Shown here: positions 23,137 to 35,164 of the stretch, one piece after another
How the letters are laid out: each line of letters opens with the position of its first letter
How positions within the stretch are numbered: the stretch's first letter is position 1
Assembly (NCBI GenBank): GCA_002269645.1
Contig: NIVC01000571.1
Location: 372,001 to 436,000 of the forward strand
Length of the DNA: 64,000 nt
Reading direction: 5' to 3'
DNA from: Macrostomum lignano
Lineage: Eukaryota
The notes under the pieces: generated by a model
Databases searched by the model: none
Seen by the model: the letters and a program-made list of their open reading frames with translations, nothing else
What the model was told of the DNA's origin: nothing
Translations under genes and position numbers: made by a program

Positions 23137-24737
23137 TAGGGGTGTCGGAACAGTGGGGTGGGGGTGGGGGCACAGGGGGGCTGAAGCCCCTCTCCACTTT
23201 TTTGCATGATCCTCCAAGTGCCCTTTTTGAATTTCAAGCAAGTGTCGGCCAGTTTTTGGCTTTGGCTTTACTGAGTCTTGGAAGCTGAGGCTACCAGCTG
23301 ATATAAAAGTTCATGTTGTTCTCAATCCCATACCACACCAGAGTTTTTCTACTGTGCCTAAGCCTAGTGCTTTAGTGCAAGGATCAGCAAACTTTTTACC
23401 CCAAGGGCCGGATTGAGAACAGCGCATGGCTGCCCTTCTGGGTCCGCTTCGCTGGGCCCCATGAGCGAAATGCGCGCCCAGGAGTCCCTGATGACTGCGG
23501 GCTATAGGGAGAGAGGATAGGGAATAGAGAAGAGAAATACTAGCGCAGGAGAAAGGAGAGGCGAAGGAATAAAGGAGAAGAGAGATAAAATAGGAGAGGA
23601 GAGAGGAGAGGGGCGATGAATGAGGAGAGGAGAATTGAAATATATGAGAGAGGAGAGAAAGACATGAGTGAGGAGGGAAGGGAGAAGAGAATGGAGAGGA
23701 AACAGGAGATGAGAGAAGAGGAGAGAGGAGAGGAGAGGAAAGGAGAGGGGAGGAGAGGAGAGGAGAGGAGAGGAGAGGAGAGGAGAGGAGAGGAGAGGAG
23801 AGGAGAGGAGAGACAGGAGAGGAGAGGAGACGAGAGGAGAGGAGACGAGAGGAGAGGAGACGAGAGGAGAGGAGAGGAGAGGAGAGGAGAGGAGAGGAGA
23901 GGAGAGGAGAGGAAACAGGAGATGAGAGAAGAGGAGAGGAGAGGAGAGGAGAGGAGAGGAGAGGAGAGGAGAGGAGAGGAGAGACAGGAGAGGACAGGAG
24001 AGAGGTGAGGAGAGGAGAGGAGAGGACTGAAGAATTAAGAAGAGAGAGGTGAGAGAAGAGAGAGGTGAGAGAAGAGAGAGGTGAGAGAAGAGAGAGGTGA
24101 GAGAAGAGAGAGGTGAGAGAAGAGAGAGGTGAGAGAAGAGAGAGGTGAGAGAAGAGAGAGGTGAGAGAAGAGAGAGGTGAGAGAAGAGAGAGGTGAGAGA
24201 AGAGAGAGGTGAGAGAAGAGAAGAGAAGAGACACAAACATCAAGCGGGTCGGATTGCTATTGCGAAGATTCAAAGGACCCAAGGGCCGGATAGAGAGGCT
24301 TTGCGGGCCACATTTGGCCCTCAGGCCGGAGTTTGCCCACCCCTGTTTTAGTAGCTCGTAAAAGCACTAAAAAGCCGTCAGATAAAAGAATAAAGAGACA
24401 GCGCCAAGAGGAACTGAAGGAGGCAGCCAAGAGATCCAGAAAATTACTGGTCTTGCCCTGGCAATTTTCATTCATTTGAGATATTTACGCTCGTACTAAA
24501 TAAATTGATAGTGCAGTGGACGGTGGTTGCGTAATTTTTTAATTAATTGAAAATTCGAACATTTTTCTGAAGTTGGCCACTTTCAACACAGAATTGAATA
24601 TTGGCCTGGTTGTCACAATGTCACAAAGTGACATAACAGCCGGAGTTTGTGTGCCCTTAGATTAAAAAAATCATGTGCAATGTGCCTTCCCACCAATAGC
24701 CCCCCCCCCCACTTTGAAACATGTTCCGACACCGCTG
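23137..24737. mobile_element. Non-autonomous hAT-like element (1.6 kb)
   Basis: Imperfect 16-bp TIRs (T/C)AG(G/C)GGTGTCGGAACA. 8-bp TSD ACCCCACT / ACCCCACC. The right subterminus CCCCACTTTGAAAC is shared with the 19902 MITE. Confidence 0.8.
23378..24345. mobile_element. Charlie/Buster-type hAT MITE nested in the 23137 element, with a GA-rich microsatellite
   Basis: Ends CAAGGATCAGCAAACT and AGTTTGCCCACCCCTG. Degenerate 8-bp TSD CTTTAGTG / TTTTAGTA with central TA. GGGCCG subterminal motifs. (GAGAG)n-type array at 23500-24230. Confidence 0.7.
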
Positions 24738-27700
24738 ACCCCACCTGCCCCCTCTATCTCCCACTAGAGCCTGTACTGACCCCACCTGCCCCTCTATCTC
24801 CCACTAGAGCCTGTACCTACCCCACATGCCCCCTCTATCTCCCACTAGAGCCTGTACCTACCCCACCTGCCCCCTCTATCTCCCACTAGAGCCTCTACTG
24901 ACCCCACCTGCCCCCTCTATCTCTCACTAGAGCCTGTACTGACCCCACCTGCCCCCTCTATCTCCCACTAGAGCCTCTACTGACCCCACCTGCCCCCTCT
25001 ATCTCCCACTAGAGCCTCTACTGACCCCACCTGCCCCCCTCTATCTCCCACTAGAGCCTGTACTGACCCCACCTGCCCATCTATCTCTCACTAGAGCCTG
25101 TACTGACCCCACCTGCCCCTTCTATCTCCAATTAGCCTGTACTGACCCCACCTGCCCCCTCTATCTCCCACTAGAGCCTCTACTGACCCCACCTGCCCCC
25201 CTCTATCTCCAATTAGCCTGTACTGACCCCACCTGCCCCCCTCTATCTCCAATTAGCCTGTACTGACTCCACCTGCGGCTCCAAGAGTCCCTCGCACTCC
25301 ACAGGCCCAATCCGTAGCTGGGTTCGGCCAGCGCCAGAGCCATGCAGGCCCGCAGTTGCAAGCGGGCAAACGCAAAGGCAAGCCGAACTCTCAGACCCGA
25401 AGCCAATGCAAATCGCGAGTGTCCCTCCCAGTTCCCACAGTAACAGAGTCCAACCTGGGCAGGTGAGGGAAATTCGAGACGGCTGTGTTGAGAAAAAAGC
25501 AACAGCAGAAGACATCGCCATCGACTTTGCCCGTCTCGGATTTCTCGGGGCGCAGAGCTGTGGGCATTGGGGAGAGTGGCGCAACCCCCAGCAATGCCCA
25601 GCTGGCGAATTAATTCAGAGCCCTTGGCCATTGTTTTCCAAATATCGCCCCCCCCTTAGCCAGCCAGCTCGTGAATTCTTGCTTTCCTCTTCAGTCATCG
25701 CCACTTCCCAGATCTGACGCAACCCCCCCCCCCGCGCATCTGTCGGCGCAACCGGCAGGCACAATGGCTCAGGTTTCCGCGACAGCGCCTCTCCATTAGC
25801 GCGCAGGCCGGTCTCGGCTGAGGTCTTTGTCTGCGGTGCGGCACAAAGACATTTGTTTAAGCCCCGCCAGAGGGCCCTGCAGAGAGGATGAATTGGAAGA
25901 AATGAAATGAGAGGGGATTTTTCTCCCATAGCTTGGTTCCCCAGCCTTAGAGTTCAGGGTTGCGTGCCAAGCAGACAAGCGCAAAGGGGAGCAGGAGGGA
26001 GATGGCGAGCCTGGCCAAAGAGAGGCTGGGGCCTCCCTTCCTCATCTACCCGAGCAGCAAGCCAGGCCGGCACGGTTCTGCTTGGGTGACTCAGAGGACT
26101 CAGAGAGTTGTTGGCAGCCTCTCCGCCCGCTCCCTGCTCGGTTGGGGGGGGGGGGCAGAGCCGAGAGAGGAAGCGAGGGGATTTCGCACGCAAAAATTGA
26201 GGCCCGCTCGGCAAAGGGAGAGAGGAAGGAGAGATGAGGCAGAGGCTGGGCTTTGAGAGCGGCGGGCTGGGCGGCTGGCCGCAGCCTCCCCCGGCAGCTC
26301 GCGATCGCAGAGGGCAGCAGCTGAGCACTCGGGCCGCGGCCCTCTGCCCCGCCGCTGCACTCGCAGCCTTCAGTGTGAGGCTGGAGGAGGCTGGCCGGGA
26401 GCAGGGAAAATCGATATCCGCGATCCCGAGCGATCGCCGCCTCCGACTCGCTGCTCGCTGGGCCGGCAGCGGTTGCCGGGCAACTCAGCCTCCCCTGTCT
26501 GCAGCTGCAGCCTCCTTGGGGAAAAGGCGAAGCTGCCGCCCACCCCGCGCCCTCCGCTGCACCCCTCCGGCCTGCCTCCTTCGCACGCAGCTCCCACGAG
26601 CCGCTCGCCCGCACTGCAGCCCGGCTCCGGCAGGGGAAGCCGCTGCCGCTGCCGCTGCTCAGAGCAGCTCTCCGAATCCCGAATAGTTCGGGCCTGCCTT
26701 TGACAACCCCCCTTCCCCTTCTACTCTTGATTGCGGCTGCGGAGCCGCTGCAGAGCTGCTCAGACTCAGCTGGGCAGAAACAGGCAGAGGCTGGGGCGCA
26801 GATGCAGAGGGGAAGCTGAGGCAGCTGCACGGGGCAGCCGGCTTCTGCAGTGCTGGAACTTTTCTGCCGTCATCGGCGCAGCTGCCTAGTGAAGTTGATG
26901 AGGCGGACACGCGTGCAGCATCCCCGCCTTATCATTGCTGCTCTCTAAGCCGCTCAACTCGCTCAGCTTCCCGCTGCTTTCCGCTGCCGTCTCCGAGCTG
27001 CTTTGTCTCTGACTTCACCTGACTTGTCCCGTGCTGTCCGCCCGGCCTGGCCGGGCCTGTCCGGTAATCAGCGGCCGAGTCCGATTCACTACGCCAGCAT
27101 CCTGGCCTCATCAGCCACGCACAGATTCTCCCCCCTCCCTACGACTCGACTTCCTCTTTGACCGCCTCCCGGTCCAGGTAAATGGATAATTACCTGCCCG
27201 TCCCGTCCCGGGCGGCCCTGAGAGCCCCTGAGGGCGGCGGGCCAAAGAGCTGCTCGAGCTGCTGAATAGGGAAAGCAGGAGAGGCTGGACTGCTTCATCA
27301 AAACGGACCGGGAGAAGACGAGTTTATAATCTTCTGGCCTCCCCTTGCTCTCAGCATCTCCGGGGCGGGGCTGCATGAACTCTCAATGGATCGGAAGGGC
27401 TTTCAAAATCGAGCAGTTTGCCTGAATGGCCGGCCGCCCGCAGGCGCCCCCAGATTCTTCATCATCGTCATCATCCCCACCCACGTCATCATTCCAACGA
27501 GTTGCAACTTGCTTGGGTGGCCCTAAAAAGGGCCGTTTTAGTTTTCAGAATTTAGCCTATTTTTTAGTCTTTGAATTTATATTTTCTCGCTGTCAAATGA
27601 AATAATTTTCACTACAGCTTACTGCAAGTAGGCGAGTAGAGCAAATATATTTGCTGGGAGTTGCCACACAGAGGCTGGGCTGCATCAGTCAAGTCCGCAA

Positions 27701-28919
27701 ATTCTCGGCTGCAGCTGCCGGAGATTTTCCGCCCGGTGCACGCGGAGATGCGGCGGCGGCGGCGGCGGCGGCGAGGCTCTCGAGTTCGCCAGGATTTTCT
27801 CTTTCACCTGGGCGAGCACCGAGCTTTTCTCTTTCACCTGGGCGAGCACCGAGCTTCATCAGCGGGAATGGGATTTCCACCTGGCCTCAGGATTAGCGGA
27901 GATTTTTATTCAGCGCCGGGAAATCGTGGCGAATATGGGAAAATATGGGGTGGGGAAGCGGAGCCGGGAACACGCCTTCTTGGGATAAATATCCCTGGAG
28001 AAGCTTGAGCAGGGACTCGGAGCGAGCAGCGGAAATGAGAAGGCCGCGCCCCGGTCCCCTGCTGAAAAAATCCTCTTTATATTTTTTGCGTGGCGAGTCA
28101 CGAAGCCACCTGACTTGCTCAAGGGGAGAAAAGGAAGGCTAGGGATATCTGTATCAGATTGGGATCCGCGTCCCAAATACTTCGACAGCCGCAGCAGATC
28201 AAACAGCCAGGTTCGTGTCAAATCCCACTTTGATTCGGATCCCTGCAGCTGCCAGCCTCATCGCAGCCGTGCTCCGCCAGGGGGATTATTCTCCCCTAAT
28301 ATTGAAACAGCTGCATCTCTCCGGTTTTACTCGACTATGGATTAGCCACCGCATCTCCCACCCTCCCCCGAGCCCCACCTCCCATGCAGTGAGGAGCCGC
28401 ATGGATGAGGCCGGAGTCTGGAGCGCCTTGCTCAGCCGCTGACCTTCAGGCCGTGTTGAAATTCAAAGTTTAATGAATACAAGACAAGGTTTTCATTATA
28501 TTTTCGTATCTCGCTACTTACTAGAGAATTTGAGTAGCAATTTAGGAACATTCGTTTTAGTCAGAACTCGCGTATTGGCGCCGAAAATTTGGCATTCAAT
28601 TGTAGAGACAAAAAAAGAGAAACGCATGAGAAACAATAATGTGTGCACAATGTTCACTTACTGAACTGTTTATTGTGTAATCTGGAAGGCGGGGTTAAAG
28701 TGGGCTTTAGAGACAGTGATGAAGTGAGACTATTTAGCGAGGTTGGAGTGCGATTAGAGTGACATTAGGGTGAGACTAGAATGAGATTCGAGTAAGATTC
28801 GAGTGAGAGTTGAGTGAGACTAGAGTGAGGTTGGAATGAGAATAGAATGAGATGAGTGAGAATTACAGTAAGATTAAAGTGAGGTAGCAGTGTGTGATCG
28901 AGGATTAGAATGGGATTCG

Positions 28920-29290
28920 AACGAGATTAGACTGAGATTCGTGTGAGATTCAAGTAAGATTCGAGTGAGATTCGAGTGAGAATAGAGTGAGATTCGAGTG
29001 AGATTCGAGTAAGTTTTCGAGTGAGATTCAAGTAAGATTCGAGTGAGATTCGAGTGAGAATAGAGTGAGATTCGAGTGAGATTCGAGTAAGTTTTCGAGT
29101 GAGATTCGAGTGAGATTCGAGTGAGAATAGAGTGAGATTCGAGTGAGATTCGAGTAAGTTTTCGAGTGAGATTCGAGTGAGATTCGAGTGAGATTCGAGT
29201 AAGTTTCGAGTGAGATTCGAGTGAGATTCGAGTGAGATTCGAGTGAGATTCGAGTGAGATTTGAGTGAGTTTCGAGTGAGATTCGAGTGA
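28920..29290. repeat. 11-bp minisatellite flanked by about 100-bp direct repeats
   Basis: Unit GAGTGAGATTC. Similar flanks at 28823-28917 and 29285-29389. Confidence 0.9.
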
Positions 29291-29598
29291 GGTTGGAGAA
29301 AGAATAGAATGAGTTGAGAGTGAGAATTGCAGTCAGATTACGCTCGTAGAGTGAGATAGCAGTGTGTGATCGAGGATGAGAATGGGATTAAATTCCCTAA
29401 CTCAACGTGCTGAAGTGAGCTCAGTAAATACTCGTAATGCAAAACAAAGGAGACTTGAGCCGGTTTGGATGGCGCAAGCGAGTGCAGCTGTATTTGTATC
29501 CGTGAGATGTTGACAATAAAAAAGGCTAAACGCGGTGCACAAAGGGAGCAGGAGAGAAAGAAGGTCAGTAGCCGAGCGGACGTCATCGCCCGATGGCT

Positions 29599-30021
29599 TC
29601 ACGCCAGCAGCTGCAGGAACTCAACGTAGTTGATGAGGCGCCGGCCGTCGCAGCCTCCGCAGTTTTCGGCGCCGACATCCCGCAGCTGGCGGCCCAGCTT
29701 GCGCGCGGCCGCGGCCGCCTCTTCGACGGTGAGGAGGCCGTCGGAGTCTGCGTCGGCAGCCCGAAATTCGGCCAGGCGGCCGAGGTCCGGCAGCGGCCGG
29801 CGCAGGTGGACGTCGGCGGCGGCCTCGAACTCGGCGAAGTCCACGCAGCCGCTGGCGTCGCTGTCCACCCGGCCGAGAATGCCGGCCACCTCCGCCTCCG
29901 TCAGGCGGCGCCCGTTGGCGCTGGCGCCGAAAGCGCGCATCAGGGCGCCGAACTCGCGCAGGTCGAGGCTGCCGTTGCCGTCGACGTCGAAGGCGTTAAA
30001 CAGGTCGCGGCTGCTGCTCAT
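29599..30021 (-). CDS. Intronless calmodulin-like EF-hand protein, 140 aa
   Basis: EF loops DVDGNGSLDLRE, DSDASGCVDFAE and DADSDGLLTVEE, plus a degenerate fourth ending INYVE. TTTTCAG acceptor 5 nt before the ATG. Confidence 0.9.
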   Translation of the reverse strand: MSSSRDLFNAFDVDGNGSLDLREFGALMRAFGASANGRRLTEAEVAGILGRVDSDASGCVDFAEFEAAADVHLRRPLPDLGRLAEFRAADADSDGLLTVEEAAAAARKLGRQLRDVGAENCGGCDGRRLINYVEFLQLLA

Positions 30022-30529
30022 GATGGCTGAAAACTGTCGTCGGGACTCGGGGATCTCCTGGCTGCTGTCGCTCCTCTGGAGGTGGAAGTGGCCGACTTTG
30101 CCCGGCTTTTATGGAGGGCTGTCGGCCGCACGGCCCCGGGGGACCAGCGACGCGGCCGGGCCAATGCGGACTGGGGGCCAAAAATTGTCAAAGCATTCCT
30201 GAACTCTCAAAGTTTTGAACGATCGCAGAAATTCGTGACAGGGAATGAGACCGAGCCGGCCGGCTTGGCCCGGACAATATTGACTCTCCGTGAGGCCTCG
30301 TATGAGCATGCTTCATCGCTTGGGAGGCTGGGTCTCGTAGCGGAGTTTTGAGAAGTGGCCGGATCTAGATCACGTCGAGGGTTTTAGGGACTTCAATAGT
30401 TTATTTTCGTAACCTCAGATGTTCAAGTTAAAGGTTTTAAAGCAAGGGGTGCCGTGTCAAGAGTTAAGTGTCAGGGCCTCAGAGTCAATGGGTTAAAGTG
30501 CAAGGGTTCATGAGCAAGGACTCATGGTC

Positions 30530-31745
30530 TAACAGGGTCTAGGGGTCAGGGTCTAGGGTTCATAGGCAAGGGTTCAGGTTCTAGGGTTCATAGGCAAGGG
30601 TTCAGGTTCTAGGGTTGGGTTCAGGGTCTAGGGTTGGGTTCAGGGTCTAGGGTTGGGTTCAGGGTCTAGGGTTGGGTTCAGGGTCTAGGGTTGGGTTCAG
30701 GGTCTAGGGTTGGGTTCAGGGTCTAGGGTTGGGTTCAGGGTCTAGGGTTGGGTTCAGGGTCTAGGGTTGGGTTCAGAGTCTATGGTTCAGAGGCTGTGGT
30801 TCAGGGGCAAGGGTTCAGAGGCTGTGGTTCAGGGGCAAGGGTTCAGGGGCAAGGGTTCAGGGGCAAGGGTTCAGGGGCAAGGGTTCAGGGGCAAGGGTTC
30901 AGGGGCAAGGGTTCAGGGGCAAGGGTTCAGGGGCAAGGGTTCAGGGGCAAGGGTTCAGGGGCAAGGGTTCAGGGGCAAGGGTTCAGGGGCAAGGGTTCAG
31001 GGGCAAGGGTTCAGGGGCAAGGGTTCAGGGGCAAGGGTTCAGGGGCAAGGGTTCAGGGGCAAGGGTTCAGGGGCAAGGGTTCAGGGGCAAGGGTTCAGGG
31101 GCAAGGGTTCAGGGGCAAGGGTTCAGGGGCAAGGGTTCAGGGGCAAGGGTTCAGGGGCAAGGGTTCAGGGGCAAGGGTTCAGGGGCAAGGGTTCAGGGGC
31201 AAGGGTTCAGGGGCAAGGGTTCAGGGGCAAGGGTTCAGGGGCAAGGGTTCAGGGGCAAGGGTTCAGGGGCAAGGGTTCAGGGGCAAGGGTTCAGGGGCAA
31301 GGGTTCAGGGGCAAGGGTTCAGGGGCAAGGGTTCAGGGGCAAGGGTTCAGGGGCAAGGGTTCAGGGGCAAGGGTTCAGGGGCAAGGGTTCAGGGGCAAGG
31401 GTTCAGGGGCAAGGGTTCAGGGGCAAGGGTTCAGGGGCAAGGGTTCAGGGGCAAGGGTTCAGGGGCAAGGGTTCAGGGGCAAGGGTTCAGGGGCAAGGGT
31501 TCAGGGGCAAGGGTTCAGGGGCAAGGGTTCAGGGGCAAGGGTTCAGGGGCAAGGGTTCAGGGGCAAGGGTTCAGGGGCAAGGGTTCAGGGGCAAGGGTTC
31601 AGGGGCAAGGGTTCAGGGGCAAGGGTTCAGGGGCAAGGGTTCAGGGGCAAGGGTTCAGGGGCAAGGGTTCAGGGGCAAGGGTTCAGGGGCAAGGGTTCAG
31701 GGGCAAGGGTTCAGGGGCAAGGGTTCAGGGGCAAGGGTTCAGGAG
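30530..31745. repeat. G-rich telomere-like satellite (19-bp then 14-bp units)
   Basis: CTAGGGTTGGGTTCAGGGT at about 30600-30775, then about 65 near-perfect copies of GGGGCAAGGGTTCA at 30820-31742. Confidence 0.96.
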
Positions 31746-32399
31746 CAAAAGTGTCTGCGAGACCAAGCCGGAGTGCCACTGCATTGCGGCAGCAGACCGC
31801 CATGCAGGTTCCGTGCTGTGAGCAGGTCGTTAAAATTGGATCGCGGATCAGGGAGGCTGCTGCTGGGCAGATCGATCTCGCTCTGATCGAAGTCTCCAAG
31901 TCATAAAAGGTTTGCACGCGAATTTTGACATCACGCTGGCTGAGGGGGGTGAAGCCCCCGGGGATCAAAGAGGTGTCGGGAAGGATCCGGCTAACGGGGC
32001 TGTCGCGATTCCGTCGGCGATACGGCCCGGGGCTCGAAAATTTCCCACCGAGCCTCGGTGTGGAGCTCCCAGAGCTGACAAGATCCGGGAAGCCGCGTGT
32101 TCCAAAACTGACGCCAAAGAAGATAAAAAGTGGAGCGCTAATGTCTGGCTAATGAATAATTCATGAGCAGCTTGTAGGGGCCGTTGCTATCATTTGCGAA
32201 TAACGACAACTTTGGTCGATGCGGCTCTTCTTTGAAAGTTCAAGTGAGGAAATTCTCTGTAATTTAACGCGGAATTTCTTGAGATAATAACTTGAGGGTA
32301 TTACACTGCAATGCAACCAAGGGACACCGTAGTATTGACAGTGAGGACAACTTCTTGGGCCTTGGCTCGGAGGCAGCTTAAATACCCAATAATTAGTCA

Positions 32400-34200
32400 T
32401 CCAGAAACCAAAGACTTAGACAGTAATACTCAAGGATTAGGCGTTGGTCATCCAAGGCTTAGATGTGGACATCAAAAATTAGGCATGGACACCTTGGCTC
32501 TAAGGCCAAAGGGTTGGGTATGGACACCCAAGGATTAATAGACATGGATACCCAAGGATTAGACGTGGATACAAGGATTAGACATTTGGATACAAGGATT
32601 AGACATGGATGCAAGGATTAGACAATTAACAACCAAGGATTAGACAATGAACACCCAAGGATTAGCCAAAAGGACACCCAATGACTAGAAATGGACACCC
32701 AAGGATTAGCCAAAAGGACACCCAATGACTAGAAATGGACACCCAAGGATTAGCCAAAAGGACACCCAATGACTAGAAATGGACACCCAAGGATTAGACG
32801 TGGATACAAGGATTAGACATTTGGATACAAGGATTAGACATGGATGCAAGGATTAGACAATTAACAACCAAGGATTAGACAATGAACACCCAAGGATTAG
32901 CCAAAAGGACACCCAATGACTAGAAATGGACACCCAAGGATTAGCCAAAAGGACACCCAATGACTAGAAATGGACACCCAAGGATTAGCCAAAAGGACAC
33001 CCAATGACTAGAAATGGACACCCAAGGATTAGACGTGGATACAAGGATTAGACATTTGGATACAAGGATTAGACATGGATGCAAGGATTAGACAATTAAC
33101 AACCAAGGATTAGACAATGAACACCCAAGGATTAGCCAAAAGGACACCCAATGACTAGAAATGGACACCCAAGGATTAGCCAAAAGGACACCCAATGACT
33201 AGAAATGGACACCCAAGGATTAGCCAAAAGGACACCCAATGACTAGAAATGGACACCCAAGGATTAGACGTGGATACAAGGATTAGACATTTGGATACAA
33301 GGATTAGACATGGATGCAAGGATTAGACAATTAACAACCAAGGATTAGACAATGAACACCCAAGGATTAGCCAAAAGGACACCCAATGACTAGAAATGGA
33401 CACCCAAGGATTAGCCAAAAGGACACCCAATGACTAGAAATGGACACCCAAGGATTAGCCAAAAGGACACCCAATGACTAGAAATGGACACCCAAGGATT
33501 AGCCAAAAGGACACCCAATGACTAGAAATGGACACCCAAGGATTAGCCAAAAGGACACCCAATGACTAGAAATGGACACCCAAGGATTAGACGTGGATAC
33601 AAGGATTAGACATTTGGATACAAGGATTAGACATGGATGCAAGGATTAGACAATTAACAACCAAGGATTAGACAATGAACACCCAAGGATTAGCCAAAAG
33701 GACACCCAATGACTAGAAATGGACACCCAAGGATTAGCCAAAAGGACACCCAATGACTAGAAATGGACACCAAGGATTAGCCAAAAGGACACCCAATGAC
33801 TAGAAATGGACACCCAAGGATTAGCCAAAAGGACACCCAATGACTAGAAATGGACACCCAAGGATTAGCCATGGACACCCAAGGATTAGCCATGGACACT
33901 CAAGGATTAGCCAGTGGACACCCAAGGATTAGCCATGGACACTCAAGGATTAGACACGGACACCCCAAAGATTAGCCATGGACACTCAACTCAAGGATTA
34001 GACATGGACACCCAATGACTAGAAATGGAAACCCAAGGATTAGCCAATGGACACCCAAGGATTAGCCATGGACACTCAATGATTAGGAGTGTGGACACCA
34101 AAGTATCAGGCATGGACACCAAAGGATGGGTGGCCCAGATAAGGATTAGGCAAGGACGCCGAATGACATCGCGGACACTCAATGGGTTAGGCATGGATTA
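32400..34200. repeat. Hierarchical satellite (about 21-22-bp, 44-bp and 235-bp periods)
   Basis: Marker AGACGTGG at 32561, 32796, 33031, 33266 and 33589 (spacing 235, 235, 235, 235+88). 44-bp subunit GGACACCCAAGGATTAGCCAAAAGGACACCCAATGACTAGAAAT. Confidence 0.93.
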
Positions 34201-34695
34201 GCCCAAGCATCAGACACCGCGGGAGTCGAGGCCACCCAAAGCTAAGGGAGAGCGCAGACAGCCGTTGCAGGAATGAGAACAGCCAAAGAGCAAACGGTCA
34301 GAAAGCAATAACTTTATTTCACAAAATCCAGCAAGATTTCTGATTCAAAAATTCTCAATCATAACTAGATCGATAATTTGTATTTAAAGTCAAATCAAAG
34401 AAGTTCATCTGACAAGGGGGGCAAACCCGGAAGGCAAACAAAAATGCGAGCAACCATCAGCGAGCACGCACAAGCATATAAGGGGGAGGGTAAAATCTGA
34501 CTGACATACGCGCAATGTACTGCTAACAGTAGGCTGTGTAGGGGATCTGCAAAGTAGCAAGTCGAATGAAGTGTGGGAATCTAACAGATACACCTGATAA
34601 GGAGGCTTGCTGATTCGAATTGGCTTGAACTGAATTGGGCATTGGAAGAAGCCCCAGTCAGTGCTTGTATTTTTAATAACACAACTCCCGCCAAC

Positions 34696-35164
34696 TCAAG
34701 AGGTGGCCAGCTTCGGTTTCTTGGAATCCCTGGCGTCGCGCTTCTCTTCGCGCTTCTTCTTCTTCATGAGGCGGGCAGCTTCTTTGTCTTTGTAGCTCTT
34801 CAGTATTCTGTGCGTGATCAGGCCTGAGGACGGGGGCGGGTTGGAGGTCTATGCGAGACATTTGAAGATTTGAAGATCCACTAAAAGATTCATCCATTGA
34901 ATTTAGGTAGCTTAGCTCTGCTAGAAAAAAGATCTACGATCTATTTGATAAGATCTTGATAAGATAAGATTGGATTAGATAATAAGATCTTATGAAAGGC
35001 CACTGATCTATGATAAAATGAGTTATAACAGCTGCATGCATGACGGAAAACTAATCTTTGAAGTCGAACTCGTCAGTGGATGTGGAACAGTGCAGTGTAA
35101 GACTCAAGAACTCACCCATAACCAGATCCGGCACCAGAAAGGCCAGGTAATAGTAGAATTCCAT
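34696..35164 (-). CDS. Unannotated 58-aa putative single-pass membrane microprotein (2 exons)
   Basis: Exon 35164-35116 (donor G|GTGAGT) joins exon 34823-34696 (acceptor CCCGCCCCCGTCCTCAG) in phase 1. Product MEFYYYLAFLVPDLVMGLITHRILKSYKDKEAARLMKKKKREEKRDARDSKKPKLATS. AATAAA on the minus strand at 34318-34313 is followed by a GT-rich tract. Confidence 0.68.

Larger units (their letters stand above)
22410..25265. repeat. 35-36-bp minisatellite split by a transposon
   Basis: GACCCCACCTGCCCCCTCTATCTCCCACTAGCTACC at 22410-23136, and the variant ending GAGCCTGTACT at 24738-25265. Confidence 0.93.

Noticed and set aside
30530-31745. True telomere or healed chromosome break
   Set aside because: No TTAGGG runs, and unique gene-bearing sequence lies on both sides.
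31760-31900. Minus-strand LGDFDQSEIDL..NFNDLLTARNL resembling a LINE endonuclease GDFN motif
   Set aside because: Short, bounded by stops, with no other endonuclease motifs found. Cannot be supported without a profile search.
30748-31906. 357- and 379-aa ORFs (GARVQGQGFRGKGS)n
   Set aside because: Stop-free translation of a 14-bp satellite; open in several frames, with no splice or start context.
34405-34897. Track ORFs 34673-34897 and 34405-34593 as genes
   Set aside because: The first is an alternative frame of the microprotein exon 2, and the second falls in its inferred 3' UTR.
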